DNA from: Nannocystis bainbridge
GTDB lineage: Bacteria; Myxococcota_A; Polyangia; Nannocystales; Nannocystaceae
Reading direction: 5' to 3'
DNA length: 64,000 nt
NCBI RefSeq assembly: GCF_028368995.1
Contig: NZ_JAQNDL010000001.1
Span: 1 to 64,000, forward strand
Positions 1 through 12,636 of this stretch are shown one piece after another. The position numbers and the translations under genes were made by a program. Position 1 is the first letter of the stretch. Each line of letters starts with the position of its first letter. Under the pieces are notes generated by a model, which saw only the letters and a program-made list of their open reading frames with translations, was not told the DNA's origin and did no database searches.

Positions 1-557
1 CCGCCTGCTCGGCCGGCAGCCCGCCGGCCAGGGCGGCGCGGTGGTGGGCGTGGGCCTCGCGCAGCGCGTCGTCGGTCAGCGTGCGCTCGCCGATCTCCAG
101 CGTCAGCCGCTCGGCGCGGGCCCACTCGAGCTTGCCCATCGCGTGGTGCAGCAGCGGCGCCTCGGCGGCCGCCGGGAAGTGCCGGCGCAGGGCCGCGTAG
201 GCCTGGCGGGCCAGCGTATGGCTCTGCGACCCGCCCGACTCCGCCCCCTGCTCGGCCCACCGCAGCGTCACCGTCGCCAGCGCCTCACGGGTCGCCTCGG
301 CGCAGCGCTCGCCGTCCGGCCGCCCGCGCGTCGCCGCGTGCGCCTGCACGAGTTTCTCGATCTCCTCCCACAGGTAGCGGTCGGCCAGGCGCACCAGCCC
401 GTCCTGGACCGCGCTGGCCCGCTCGTCGCAGGCCGCCACCGCCGCCGCTCCGGATGTCCTGACGGACATGTCCTGAGGGGCACGTACCGCCGTCGTCGTC
501 GGCGCGCGCGGCGTGCAGCCGACGAGCGCCCCCAGCAGCGTCAGCGCGAGCCGGCGC

Positions 558-571
<14 letters not shown>
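1..571 (-). CDS. Hypothetical lipoprotein, helical/TPR-like (runs off window start)
   Basis: Not in the ORF track. ATG at 571 gives MARRERRLALTLLGALVGC (lipobox) and the frame stays open to the window edge. Overlaps the kinase stop by 14 nt. Confidence 0.7.
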
Positions 572-2363
<1,792 letters not shown>

Positions 2364-2533
2364 GCCCCAGCAATGTTGCCGCCAACGCCGTCCGGCGACA
2401 ACGCCCGCACGCGCGCCTGCGCGGCGCCGCTCTCCGCGCACGGATCGCCGCCGAAGGGCGCGGAGGGCCCCGCCGCGCCCAAAACCCGCCCCGATCGCGC
2501 AAGGTCCGCGGTGGGCCCTATAGTGCCGGCACG

Positions 2534-2977
2534 ATGCACTTTCGCCCGGCCACGAGCTCCGACGTCCCCGCGATCCTCGACATGATGGAGGACTTCAACC
2601 GCCTGGAGCACATCCCCTGGCGGCGCGGCCCCGGGGAGGCGCCCCTGCTCGCGCTGATGGGCTCACCCGCGCTCGGCATCGTCGTGCTCGGCCTCGAGGG
2701 CGAGGCGCCGCGGGGCTACTTCATCCTCACGTGGGGCTTCGACCTCGAGTGGGGCGGCCGCGACGCTTTCCTCACCGAGCTGTATCTGCGCGCCGAGGTC
2801 CGCGGCGCCGGCCACGGCCGCCTGTTCCTCGACGCCGCGCTCGCGTCCGCCCGCGCCCACGGAGCCCGCGCCGTCCACCTGATGGTCCGCACCGACAACA
2901 CGCCCGCCCTCGCCCTCTACCGCCGCGCCGGCTTCTCCGCGCCGCCGCGGGTGCTGATGACCCGGCCGCTCGATTGA
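2534..2977 (+). CDS. GNAT family N-acetyltransferase
   Basis: LTELYLRAEVRGAGHG acetyl-CoA motif A; N..ALALYRRAGF. Confidence 0.9.
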   Translation: MHFRPATSSDVPAILDMMEDFNRLEHIPWRRGPGEAPLLALMGSPALGIVVLGLEGEAPRGYFILTWGFDLEWGGRDAFLTELYLRAEVRGAGHGRLFLDAALASARAHGARAVHLMVRTDNTPALALYRRAGFSAPPRVLMTRPLD

Positions 2978-3069
2978 ACATGTCCTGAAGGGCATGTTCG
3001 TGAGAGCATGTCGTGAAGGACATGCTCTTTGGCGCATGCTCTTGGGGACATGTCCCGAAGCGCATCGGG
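2976..3069. repeat. 14-bp-period palindromic array, 6-7 units
   Basis: GAACATGTCC TGAA GGGCATGTTC GTGA GAGCATGTCG TGAA GGACATGCTC TTTG GCGCATGCTC TTGG GGACATGTCC CGAA. Confidence 0.9.
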
Positions 3070-3098
3070 CGGGGCCGCTCACCCCGCACGCGCGAGCT

Positions 3099-4661
3099 TC
3101 ACTTCTTCGCGCCGACGTTCTTGCGCTGGAGCTCGATCGCCTCGATGTCGCCGACGGCCTCGGCCTCTCTCAGCAGCCACTGGAACATCGGCCCCGACAG
3201 GCCGTACTCCTTGCGGTCGTTCCACAGCCACACCGCGTAGCCGCACACGTCGCGGTGGACCTGCGGGAACATCAAGTAACGCAGCGCCAGCCCGCCGAGC
3301 AGGGTCGCCTCCTCGTAGCCGCGGCGGAACTGATTCCACGCCCGCGACTCCTCGGCCGGCGGCAGCCGGCGGTCGGCGGCCGTGCGCGCGCGCAGCTCCT
3401 CCGAGCCGGCCTCGACCCCGGTGAGCAACTCGGCGCGCAGCTCGGAGGCCGCCTCGGCGGCCGTCGCCACCTCGACCTCGAAGCCGTCGAGCGGCAGCTT
3501 GGCGGCCCGCGCCAGCCCGGCCAGCTCGACCGCGACAGCGCGCCGGATGGCCGCCAGCGCCTCCTCGGCTCGCGTCTGGGCGGTCAGCGCCGCCGCGCGC
3601 TGCCGCATGCGCCGCTCGGCGACCGGCCACGCCGCCTCCCACGCGCGACACAGCTCCTGCATGCGCGTGGCCGACAGCCGCTGCTCGAGCTCGGTCGCCG
3701 GCTGGCCCGCGGTCTTCGGCCGCAGCGCCAGCCAGGTGGCGTGCAGCGCCTGGGCGTGGGCGACGGGATCGTCGGCGTGATCGGCCGGATCGACGAGCGG
3801 CACCGTCGCGGGCGCCGGCCCCGGCGGCGGCGGCTTGCGCTGGTGCAGCACCCGCGGCGCCGCGCGGGCCTGATCGAGCAGCGGTCGCATGGCCTTTCGG
3901 CCAGGTGCCAAGAGCCACGACCACCACAGGCCGAGGTCGGTCGGGTTGGGCTCGCCGGCCAGCGCCTCGCCGCGGATCCGCGCCGCGGCGCGGGCGAGGA
4001 AGGCGGTGTACGCGGTCGCCTGGCCCGGCTGCACGCCGCGGCGCATCACGGTGATCCAGTCGCCGCGAGCCGCCGCGTCGGCCACCAGCCAGTCGTTGGC
4101 GGCCCGCCGCGCGGCCCTCGGCGCGTAGTCGGGATCGAAGGTGTCGACGCCGAGCAGGATGTCGCGCGCGCCGTCGCGGTCGCCGCGGCTGGCCGCGAGC
4201 AAGCCGGTGGCGACGACGCTGCCGAGCCCCGATCCGGCCCGCGCCTGGATCTTGCCTTCGAGCCAGGTCGCCAGCGCCGGATCGTGCGAGCGGTGCAGCA
4301 GCGCCAGCGCGGCCGCGACGACCTGCCCGCCCTCGCGCTCGCGCTCCCACGCCGAGCGCGCCAGCACCGTGAGGTAGTAGCTGGGCCGCACGAGGCCGGC
4401 CGCGATCACGGTGCGCCGCAAGACCGGCCATACGAGGCCGCCGACCAGATCCAGCAGCGCGAACAACCACCCGCCGAGACCGACGAGGAGGATGAGGCCG
4501 CCGAGCACGCTGCCGATCGCGTAGAGCTGGGTGACGAACGCGGGCCCGCCGAGCACGATCGCCAGCGCCAGCAATGCCAACACCGGCCCGAGGCGACGCC
4601 GCCCGCTCCGCCTCCGCGACCTCGACCGCGACCCCGCGACCCGATCCTTCGGCGCGCTCAT
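3099..4661 (-). CDS. Hypothetical membrane protein (N-terminal TM helices, helical C-terminal region)
   Basis: 520 aa, GC3-biased frame, 2-3 hydrophobic N-terminal segments, ATGA overlap with the upstream gene. Confidence 0.8.
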   Translation of the reverse strand: MSAPKDRVAGSRSRSRRRSGRRRLGPVLALLALAIVLGGPAFVTQLYAIGSVLGGLILLVGLGGWLFALLDLVGGLVWPVLRRTVIAAGLVRPSYYLTVLARSAWEREREGGQVVAAALALLHRSHDPALATWLEGKIQARAGSGLGSVVATGLLAASRGDRDGARDILLGVDTFDPDYAPRAARRAANDWLVADAAARGDWITVMRRGVQPGQATAYTAFLARAAARIRGEALAGEPNPTDLGLWWSWLLAPGRKAMRPLLDQARAAPRVLHQRKPPPPGPAPATVPLVDPADHADDPVAHAQALHATWLALRPKTAGQPATELEQRLSATRMQELCRAWEAAWPVAERRMRQRAAALTAQTRAEEALAAIRRAVAVELAGLARAAKLPLDGFEVEVATAAEAASELRAELLTGVEAGSEELRARTAADRRLPPAEESRAWNQFRRGYEEATLLGGLALRYLMFPQVHRDVCGYAVWLWNDRKEYGLSGPMFQWLLREAEAVGDIEAIELQRKNVGAKK

Positions 4662-5026
4662 GACCGCCTCCAGCCGAGCGCCGCGAACGCGCCCGTGAAC
4701 GGGGCCGGGCCCGGGCCGCTGGTCTCGGGGGCCGGCGGCGGCTTCGGCGGCGCCGCGGGCGGCGGCAAGCTGGCCCAGAACTCGTGCGCCAGCCGCTTCT
4801 CGTGGTCGCGCAGCGCCGCCATGGCCGCCCGCACCTTGTCCTCGGTGCGCGGCCGCGGCCCGAGCGGGCTCATGTACGTCGCCGCCGACTTGAGCCTCAG
4901 CCCGAGCATCCCGAGCAGCTTCTGGCCCTCGCGCTCGACGTCGACCCGGCTGCAGTCGGGCCGCAGGCCGAGCACGTAGAACGGGTTGTCCGCCATCGCC
5001 TGCGAGTCATCTGGCTTTTGCGACAT
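4658..5026 (-). CDS. Small J-domain-like protein lacking HPD
   Basis: NPFYVLGL...LRDHEKRLAHE resembles J-domain helices I and IV; no HPD; directly downstream of Hsp70. Confidence 0.7.
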   Translation of the reverse strand: MSQKPDDSQAMADNPFYVLGLRPDCSRVDVEREGQKLLGMLGLRLKSAATYMSPLGPRPRTEDKVRAAMAALRDHEKRLAHEFWASLPPPAAPPKPPPAPETSGPGPAPFTGAFAALGWRRS

Positions 5027-5034
5027 GGTGCTCC

Positions 5035-5069
5035 CGACAGGTCCTTGAGGACATGGCCGATGGGCCAGC

Positions 5070-5072
<3 letters not shown>
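5035..5072. repeat. 14-bp-period motif, 2-3 units
   Basis: CGACAGGTCC TTGA GGACATGGCC GATG GGCCAG. Confidence 0.7.
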
Positions 5073-7529
<2,457 letters not shown>

Positions 7530-7554
7530 CGCCGGTGAGTGTACCCGGGCGCTC

Positions 7555-8043
7555 TCAGCCTCGCAGCGGCGAGCGGGCGCGCCGGCGCAGAGCCCGGTCG
7601 AGCGTCACCCCGCCGGCCGCGCCGAGCCCGACCAGCGCGAACAGCAGCGGCAGATCGCGCGGCCCCTCTGCGGGCCCGCTCGGGGCCGCGCCGCGCCAGG
7701 CCACCCGCACCCGGCCGGCGCTCCACGTCCCGCAGAGCTCGCCGACCAGCGCCGTCGTCGCGGCCGCGTCCCAGCCCGGCGGCGCCAGCCCGGCCACCAC
7801 CACCGCGCCCGGATCGTCCGCCCCCGGCAGGCGCACCTCGACCGCCAGCGCCTCGGCCCCGAGCGCCTGCAGGCTCGCCGCCACCGCGTCCGCCAGCGCC
7901 AGCTCTTCCCGCGCGCGCTCGCCCGCGCGCGTGGGCACCAGCGCTGGATCTCCGAACAGCTCGCGCTTGCCGCGGACCCCGCGGGCCTCGGGCGCGCGCG
8001 CCGGCTCGCAGGCGCCCGCGAGCAGCGCTGTCCCGAAGAGCAT
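7555..8043 (-). CDS. Lipoprotein with SctJ/PrgK/FliF-like ring-building motif and C-terminal TM
   Basis: LLAGAC lipobox; ELFGDPALVPTRAGERAREELALADAVAASLQALG..AVEVRLP; C-terminal TM followed by a basic tail. Start uncertain. Confidence 0.6.
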   Translation of the reverse strand: MLFGTALLAGACEPARAPEARGVRGKRELFGDPALVPTRAGERAREELALADAVAASLQALGAEALAVEVRLPGADDPGAVVVAGLAPPGWDAAATTALVGELCGTWSAGRVRVAWRGAAPSGPAEGPRDLPLLFALVGLGAAGGVTLDRALRRRARSPLRG

Positions 8044-8103
8044 GCCCCATGCGACATGTCCGCGAAGACATGTTCGTTCGGACCGGTCCGAACGGCCAGG
8101 CCG
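8024..8103. repeat. 14-bp-period palindromic array, about 6 units
   Basis: ..CTGTCC CGAA GAGCATGCCC CATG CGACATGTCC GCGA AGACATGTTC GTTC GGACCGGTCC GAAC GGCCAGG. Confidence 0.85.
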
Positions 8104-8335
8104 CGATCGCCTCACGACCCGACCCCGGCGGGCTCGCAAGGGCTGCCCTTCCACCAGCGCTCGACACCCCTGTCCCCTGCTCCGCTCACGGCCCTCGCTC
8201 CAGCGAGCGAGCTCCGGCCCTGCATCGACCGGCGCTCGACGCCCTTGGCCCACACACCGCTCGCGGCCTCGCCTCCGGCGAGATCGCGCCTGCCCGAGGA
8301 GCCTCGCCGATCGCCACGTCTGCTGCCTGCGCCGG

Positions 8336-9064
8336 TCACGGCCCGGCCTCCGGAGGTCGCGCCTCGGCGGCCAGCAGATCGGCCAGGCGACGCAGCAGCC
8401 GCTGGTGGCGGCGGGAGATCGTGCTGACGCTGGTGGCGAGGTCGGCCGCGACCTCGGTGAGCGTCAGGCCGCGCACGTAGACCGCGTCGATCAGCGCCCG
8501 CTCGTCGGCGTCGCAGCGCTCCACCGAGTCGCGCAGCGACAGCCGGACCTCGGGGCCGAACGGATCGTCGTCGTCGCCCGCGAACAGCCGCGACAGCACC
8601 GCCGCCGCCGTGACCTCGCGGACCAGCTCGGCCGCGTCGCCGAAGCGCTCGCCGATCCGCCGCGGGTCGTCGCCGGGGCGCAGGCGGATCTCCGACAGCT
8701 CCTGCGTCACCTCGAGGGTGTTGAGGATCCGCCGGGCCCGCTTGTGGTCAGGGAAAGCGTTGCGGGCGGCGTCGATCATCGCCCCGCGCACCCGGTAGAA
8801 CGCGAACGCCGCGAACGGCACGCCCGCGCCCGGGTCGTAGCGCAGGGCCGCGCGGGCCAGCGCCTCGTAGCCGGCGCTCTCGCACTCGTCGGGGGCGATG
8901 CCGACGATCCGCCGCAGGCTGCGGGCGATGCCGGGCACCCGCGGCGCGAACGCCTCGACCCGCGCGCGCTGCTCCGGGCTGAGGCCGGGCCCGCGCGCTG
9001 GCTCGCGGCTGGCCGGCTCGCCGTCGTCCGTGACGTACGCGACCTCGTCGTGAGGCTGGTTCAT
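8336..9064 (-). CDS. FliA/WhiG (sigma-28)-like RNA polymerase sigma factor
   Basis: Region 2 ALRYDPGAGVPFAAFAFYRVRGAMIDAAR; region 4 GLTLTEVAADLATSVSTISRRH; ATG 9064. Confidence 0.85.
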   Translation of the reverse strand: MNQPHDEVAYVTDDGEPASREPARGPGLSPEQRARVEAFAPRVPGIARSLRRIVGIAPDECESAGYEALARAALRYDPGAGVPFAAFAFYRVRGAMIDAARNAFPDHKRARRILNTLEVTQELSEIRLRPGDDPRRIGERFGDAAELVREVTAAAVLSRLFAGDDDDPFGPEVRLSLRDSVERCDADERALIDAVYVRGLTLTEVAADLATSVSTISRRHQRLLRRLADLLAAEARPPEAGP

Positions 9065-9093
9065 GTGACATGTCCTCGCGGACAGGGGCCGGC

Positions 9094-9414
9094 TCAGGCG
9101 CCGGCGGCCTCCTGGCTGTCGAGGATGTGCTTGCGCAGCGCGCCCTTCTGCTCGTCGGTGATGTGGACGAAGCGGACCGCCATGTCCTCGTCGCCGCCGC
9201 GCACGACCATGCCGGTGAGCGGCAGGCTGGCCGACAGCGCCGGGAAGCTGAGCACCAGCGCGACCTGCTGCCCCGCCTCCTCCCACGCCGGCCCGTCGAA
9301 CTTGCAGCCGCCGAGGCTGAGGTCGTCGAGCGGGCGGGCCAGCACGACCTCGGAGCCGATGATGTCCGCGTGGGCCTGGATCCGCAGGCGGGGGTGGAAG
9401 CGGGCGTCCGTCAC
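9094..9414 (-). CDS. Stand-alone PilZ domain protein
   Basis: RFHPR (RxxxR) and DLSLGG (DxSxxG) c-di-GMP-binding motifs; GTG 9414. Confidence 0.88.
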   Translation of the reverse strand: MTDARFHPRLRIQAHADIIGSEVVLARPLDDLSLGGCKFDGPAWEEAGQQVALVLSFPALSASLPLTGMVVRGGDEDMAVRFVHITDEQKGALRKHILDSQEAAGA

Positions 9415-9625
9415 CCCGCGATGATAGCCGGCGCGCGCGCGCGCGACCTCGCCACTCGCCGCGACACGCCGGCACACGCGGCGGACGGCCCGTCACGCCC
9501 ATACGACGCGCTGGCACGCCGGCCCCGGGCCTTTTGCCAAATTGGCACTCAGGGCCCCCAAACCGCGCTCCCGACGCGTGTGCTAAGTCCTTGTTCGAAG
9601 AAGCGTCTTTACGATCTGGCGCCCG

Positions 9626-9641
9626 TGGCCGCGTGCTTGCA
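9626..9641 (+). promoter_or_regulatory. Possible sigma-54 (-24/-12) promoter
   Basis: TGGCCGCGTGCTTGCA = GG-N10-GC, 20 nt before ATG 9661; leader would be very short. Confidence 0.3.
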
Positions 9642-9660
9642 CAATGCGCCTCGCTCGACC

Positions 9661-10170
9661 ATGCCCGGACGTTCCCTCGCCCTCGCACTCGTTGCGGTGC
9701 TCGCCGCGCCCTCTGTCGTTGGTTGCAAGAACACCGCGATCATCCCCGGCACGGAGATCCCGGACACCCCCGACAACCGCGAGCTCCTGCAAGTCATCGA
9801 GCGCTTCCGGACCAGCTTCGTCCGTCAGGACCCGGCCGGCATCCTCGCCACCGCGCACCCGACCTACTACGACGAGTCGGGCACCGACGACCCCAGCGAC
9901 GACATCGTCTACGAGGAGCTCGGCCCGATCCTGCGCCGCCGGATCGCCCAGCTCGAGTCGGTCCGCTTCACCATCGAGTACCTCGACGTCTACATGCGCC
10001 GCGACCGGGCGACGGTGAACGTGTGGATCGACGCGACCTTCCGCCTCAAGCCGATCCTCGGCGACGACGGCATGCCCCGCTTCCCGCCGCGCGTGGTGCC
10101 CAAGCAGGACTACGCCAAGTTCGAGCTGATCCGCGAGGGCGACTCCTGGCTGATCACCAAGGGCATCTGA
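9661..10170 (+). CDS. Lipoprotein, NTF2/SnoaL-like fold
   Basis: MPGRSLALALVAVLAAPSVVGC lipobox; helix-then-beta pattern ending FELIREGDSWLITKGI. Confidence 0.8.
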   Translation: MPGRSLALALVAVLAAPSVVGCKNTAIIPGTEIPDTPDNRELLQVIERFRTSFVRQDPAGILATAHPTYYDESGTDDPSDDIVYEELGPILRRRIAQLESVRFTIEYLDVYMRRDRATVNVWIDATFRLKPILGDDGMPRFPPRVVPKQDYAKFELIREGDSWLITKGI

Positions 10171-10172
10171 GC

Positions 10173-10252
10173 CCGCCTGTCCCGACGGGCAGGTCCTTCG
10201 AGACCTGCCCGTTCGCGCATGTACGAACGGGCAGGTCCTGAGAGACAGACCC
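10173..10252. repeat. 14-bp-period palindromic array, 6 units (CAGG/CCTG variants)
   Basis: CCGCCTGTCC CGAC GGGCAGGTCC TTCG AGACCTGCCC GTTC GCGCATGTAC GAAC GGGCAGGTCC TGAG AGACAGACCC. Confidence 0.85.
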
Positions 10253-10310
10253 GCTTCGTACGGCGCGGGGCGGACGGCGACCTACGGATCGCTCACCCGC
10301 CCCGCTCCCT

Positions 10311-10376
10311 TTGCGGCTCAACCGCTCCCGGCGCTTGCGGCTCAGCCGCTCCCGGCCTCTGAGGCTCAGCCGCTGC
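10311..10376. repeat. 24-bp tandem repeat, about 3 copies, overlapping a stop codon
   Basis: TTGCGGCTCA(A/G)CCGCTCCCGGC repeated at 10311 and 10335, degenerate at 10359. Confidence 0.7.
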
Positions 10377-11004
10377 AGCCGCCGCCCGAGCAGCTCTTCT
10401 TGCACTTCGCGTCGCCCTCGCAGCCGCGCGGGCAGCCGCCGCCCGAGCAGGTCAGGTCGCAGTCGGAGCCGGCCTTGCACGTCTGCGTGCAGCCGCCGCC
10501 CGAGCAGGTGAACTTGCAGGTCGCGCCGGCTTCGCACGCCTGGATGCAGCCGCCGCCGCCGCAGCCGTTCTCGCAGGTGCCGCTGCTGCAGGTCTGACGG
10601 CAGCCGCCGTCGCCGCAGTCCTTGCCACCGGCGCCGGCCGCCGCGGGCGCGTCGTCGGCGTCGGCGTCGAGGCCGGTCGGCGCGACGACCACGGCACCAC
10701 CCGGCAGCTTGACCGTCCCGTCGGCGCCGATCTCGACGTCGCCCGCCTTCACGCCCTCGGCCGAGACCTTGACGTCGCCGATCTCGGTGCCGCTGACCTT
10801 GACCTCGCCGGGCTTGACCTCGACGCCGACCGGGCCGGCCTTGACGTCGACCCCGGTCTCACCGGCCTTGATGGCCACGTCGTTGGCCGACGCCGCGGTC
10901 GCCGGCACGGCAGCCTTCTGTTCGGCCTCGGCGGCAGGCTTGGAGTCGCAGCCGAACAACGATACCGCCGCGATCACGGCGAGGAACGAATTTGCGCGCA
11001 TCAA
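10366..11004 (-). CDS. Cys/Gly-rich repeat lipoprotein
   Basis: SLFGC lipobox; beta-repeat middle; four C-x-GGGC-x3-C-type repeats at the C-terminus. Confidence 0.85.
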   Translation of the reverse strand: MMRANSFLAVIAAVSLFGCDSKPAAEAEQKAAVPATAASANDVAIKAGETGVDVKAGPVGVEVKPGEVKVSGTEIGDVKVSAEGVKAGDVEIGADGTVKLPGGAVVVAPTGLDADADDAPAAAGAGGKDCGDGGCRQTCSSGTCENGCGGGGCIQACEAGATCKFTCSGGGCTQTCKAGSDCDLTCSGGGCPRGCEGDAKCKKSCSGGGCSG

Positions 11005-11492
11005 GTGGTCTCCTGTGGGCGGGAACCTACCACGCCCCGGCGGCTCGGGCGCGCTCGGATTGCCCTGTCCTCGAGGCCAGCCGCGCGCATCGAGCTCGAC
11101 TGGAGAACATCGTCCGTCGGGATCGATACCTGCTCCACGGCCGAGTTCGGTCGCGCGAGAAGGAGCGATGTCCCGCCCGGCTCACGCACCGTGCGCCCAT
11201 TCACGGCGCACGAGCAGCGCCGCGAGTCGGCGACGTCCTGGCTCCCATTGCGAAGCGCGAGCGTCCGCTCGAGCGTCGCTCGAAACGCCGTCCTACGCGA
11301 TGGTCGACGCTCGATTCGAGTCTCGAGCGGCGCTCGAACGGCCGCCGTCCTGTCGCTCGGTCCCCGTAACAATCAACGCTCTCTGCGAGCATCAACCGCG
11401 CATCGCATCTCACGACCTGTCCCAAAGAACAGATCGCCCGCACTGTCGGGCCGGATCTCGACCTGTCCCATGCGACAGGTCGCCACTTCCCA

Positions 11493-12569
11493 TCAGGTGC
11501 GCGCGTCGACGCCCGGCAAGGCCCGGCAGGTGTCGAGGATCCACCGCTGCAGCGCCATGTACGGCGACGCATAAGCCACGTACGAGCCGCCCTTGAGGTC
11601 CTGGTCGAGGCGGACCAGCGCCGCGTAGGCCGAGCGCAGGCGCGGCTCGCTGAACCCGCGGGCTTGCGCCTCGAGCCCGCGCGTGAGGAACGGCGGCAGC
11701 TTGGTAGCCTCGGCGACGCGGCCCGGGTTGGCCTTGGCGGTGAAGATCAGGCGGATCTGGCGGGTGAGCATCGCCAGCACTTGCATCGACACACCGGCGT
11801 CCTTCTCGCCGGCGGCGAACATGCGCGCGAGCACGGTGAGGGCCACGTCGGCCTCGCCGCGGCCGACGGCGTCGGTGAGGTCGAAGATCCGCGCCTCGCG
11901 GGTGTGGGCCACGATCGCCTCGACGTCGGCGAGCCCGACCGGGCCGTCACCGGCGTGCAGCAGCGCCTGGTCGAGCGCGGCCAGCAATTCGCTGCGGCCG
12001 GTGCCGACGGCGGCGACCAGCGCCGCGGCGGCGTCCCGCGAGAGCCTGCGCCCCTGCGCCTGGGCCTCGCCGACCACGAACCCGAGCGCCTCGTCGTCGC
12101 GCTTGTAGGCCTCGAATTTGTGGGCCCACCCGGTCGACTTGCAGGCGTTCACCAGCTTGGAGCGGCCGTCGATGCCGCCGCCGCTGATGACCAGCACGGT
12201 CGTCGGGCTCGGCGCCTTGATGTAGCTGGCGAGCGCGTCCATGGCCGCGGCCGCGGTGCTCTCGGCCTCGGGCCCCTTGCCGAGGTCGTCAGGGTTGGCC
12301 AGCTCGACGAGCCGCCACTTGCTCATCATCGGCACCTGGGCGCAGGCCGACAGCACCGGCCCGGCCCCGCTGAGGTCGACGCCGTCGAAGCGCTCGTGGT
12401 TGAAGGCCGCCATCGCCTGCGCGGTCGCGTCGTCGGGCGGGATCACGAACTTGCGCAGCGCCGTCACCACCGCCCGGATCGCCGCCGGCTCGTCGCCGTA
12501 CAGCACGTACACCGGGTCGAGCTTGCCGGCCCCGATCGCCCGCTCGAGCGCGCGGACGTCGTCGCTCAC
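11493..12569 (-). CDS. holA: DNA polymerase III delta subunit
   Basis: PVYVLYGDE, QVPMMSKWRLV, IFDLTDAV, LDQDLKGG. Confidence 0.9.
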   Translation of the reverse strand: MSDDVRALERAIGAGKLDPVYVLYGDEPAAIRAVVTALRKFVIPPDDATAQAMAAFNHERFDGVDLSGAGPVLSACAQVPMMSKWRLVELANPDDLGKGPEAESTAAAAMDALASYIKAPSPTTVLVISGGGIDGRSKLVNACKSTGWAHKFEAYKRDDEALGFVVGEAQAQGRRLSRDAAAALVAAVGTGRSELLAALDQALLHAGDGPVGLADVEAIVAHTREARIFDLTDAVGRGEADVALTVLARMFAAGEKDAGVSMQVLAMLTRQIRLIFTAKANPGRVAEATKLPPFLTRGLEAQARGFSEPRLRSAYAALVRLDQDLKGGSYVAYASPYMALQRWILDTCRALPGVDART

Positions 12570-12636
12570 CGGGGCATGACCTTTCGGACAGGCGCGACCG
12601 GACCGCGCGAGCGCCCGTCAGGCCCGGCCGAGGGCG

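Noticed and set aside
8336-9688. ORF-track N-terminal extensions (also 9070, 15920, 20959, 25341, 36747, 40314, 46348, 55363, 57031, 58299)
   Set aside because: They run through neighbouring genes or repeat arrays; internal starts at domain boundaries or after an RBS fit better.
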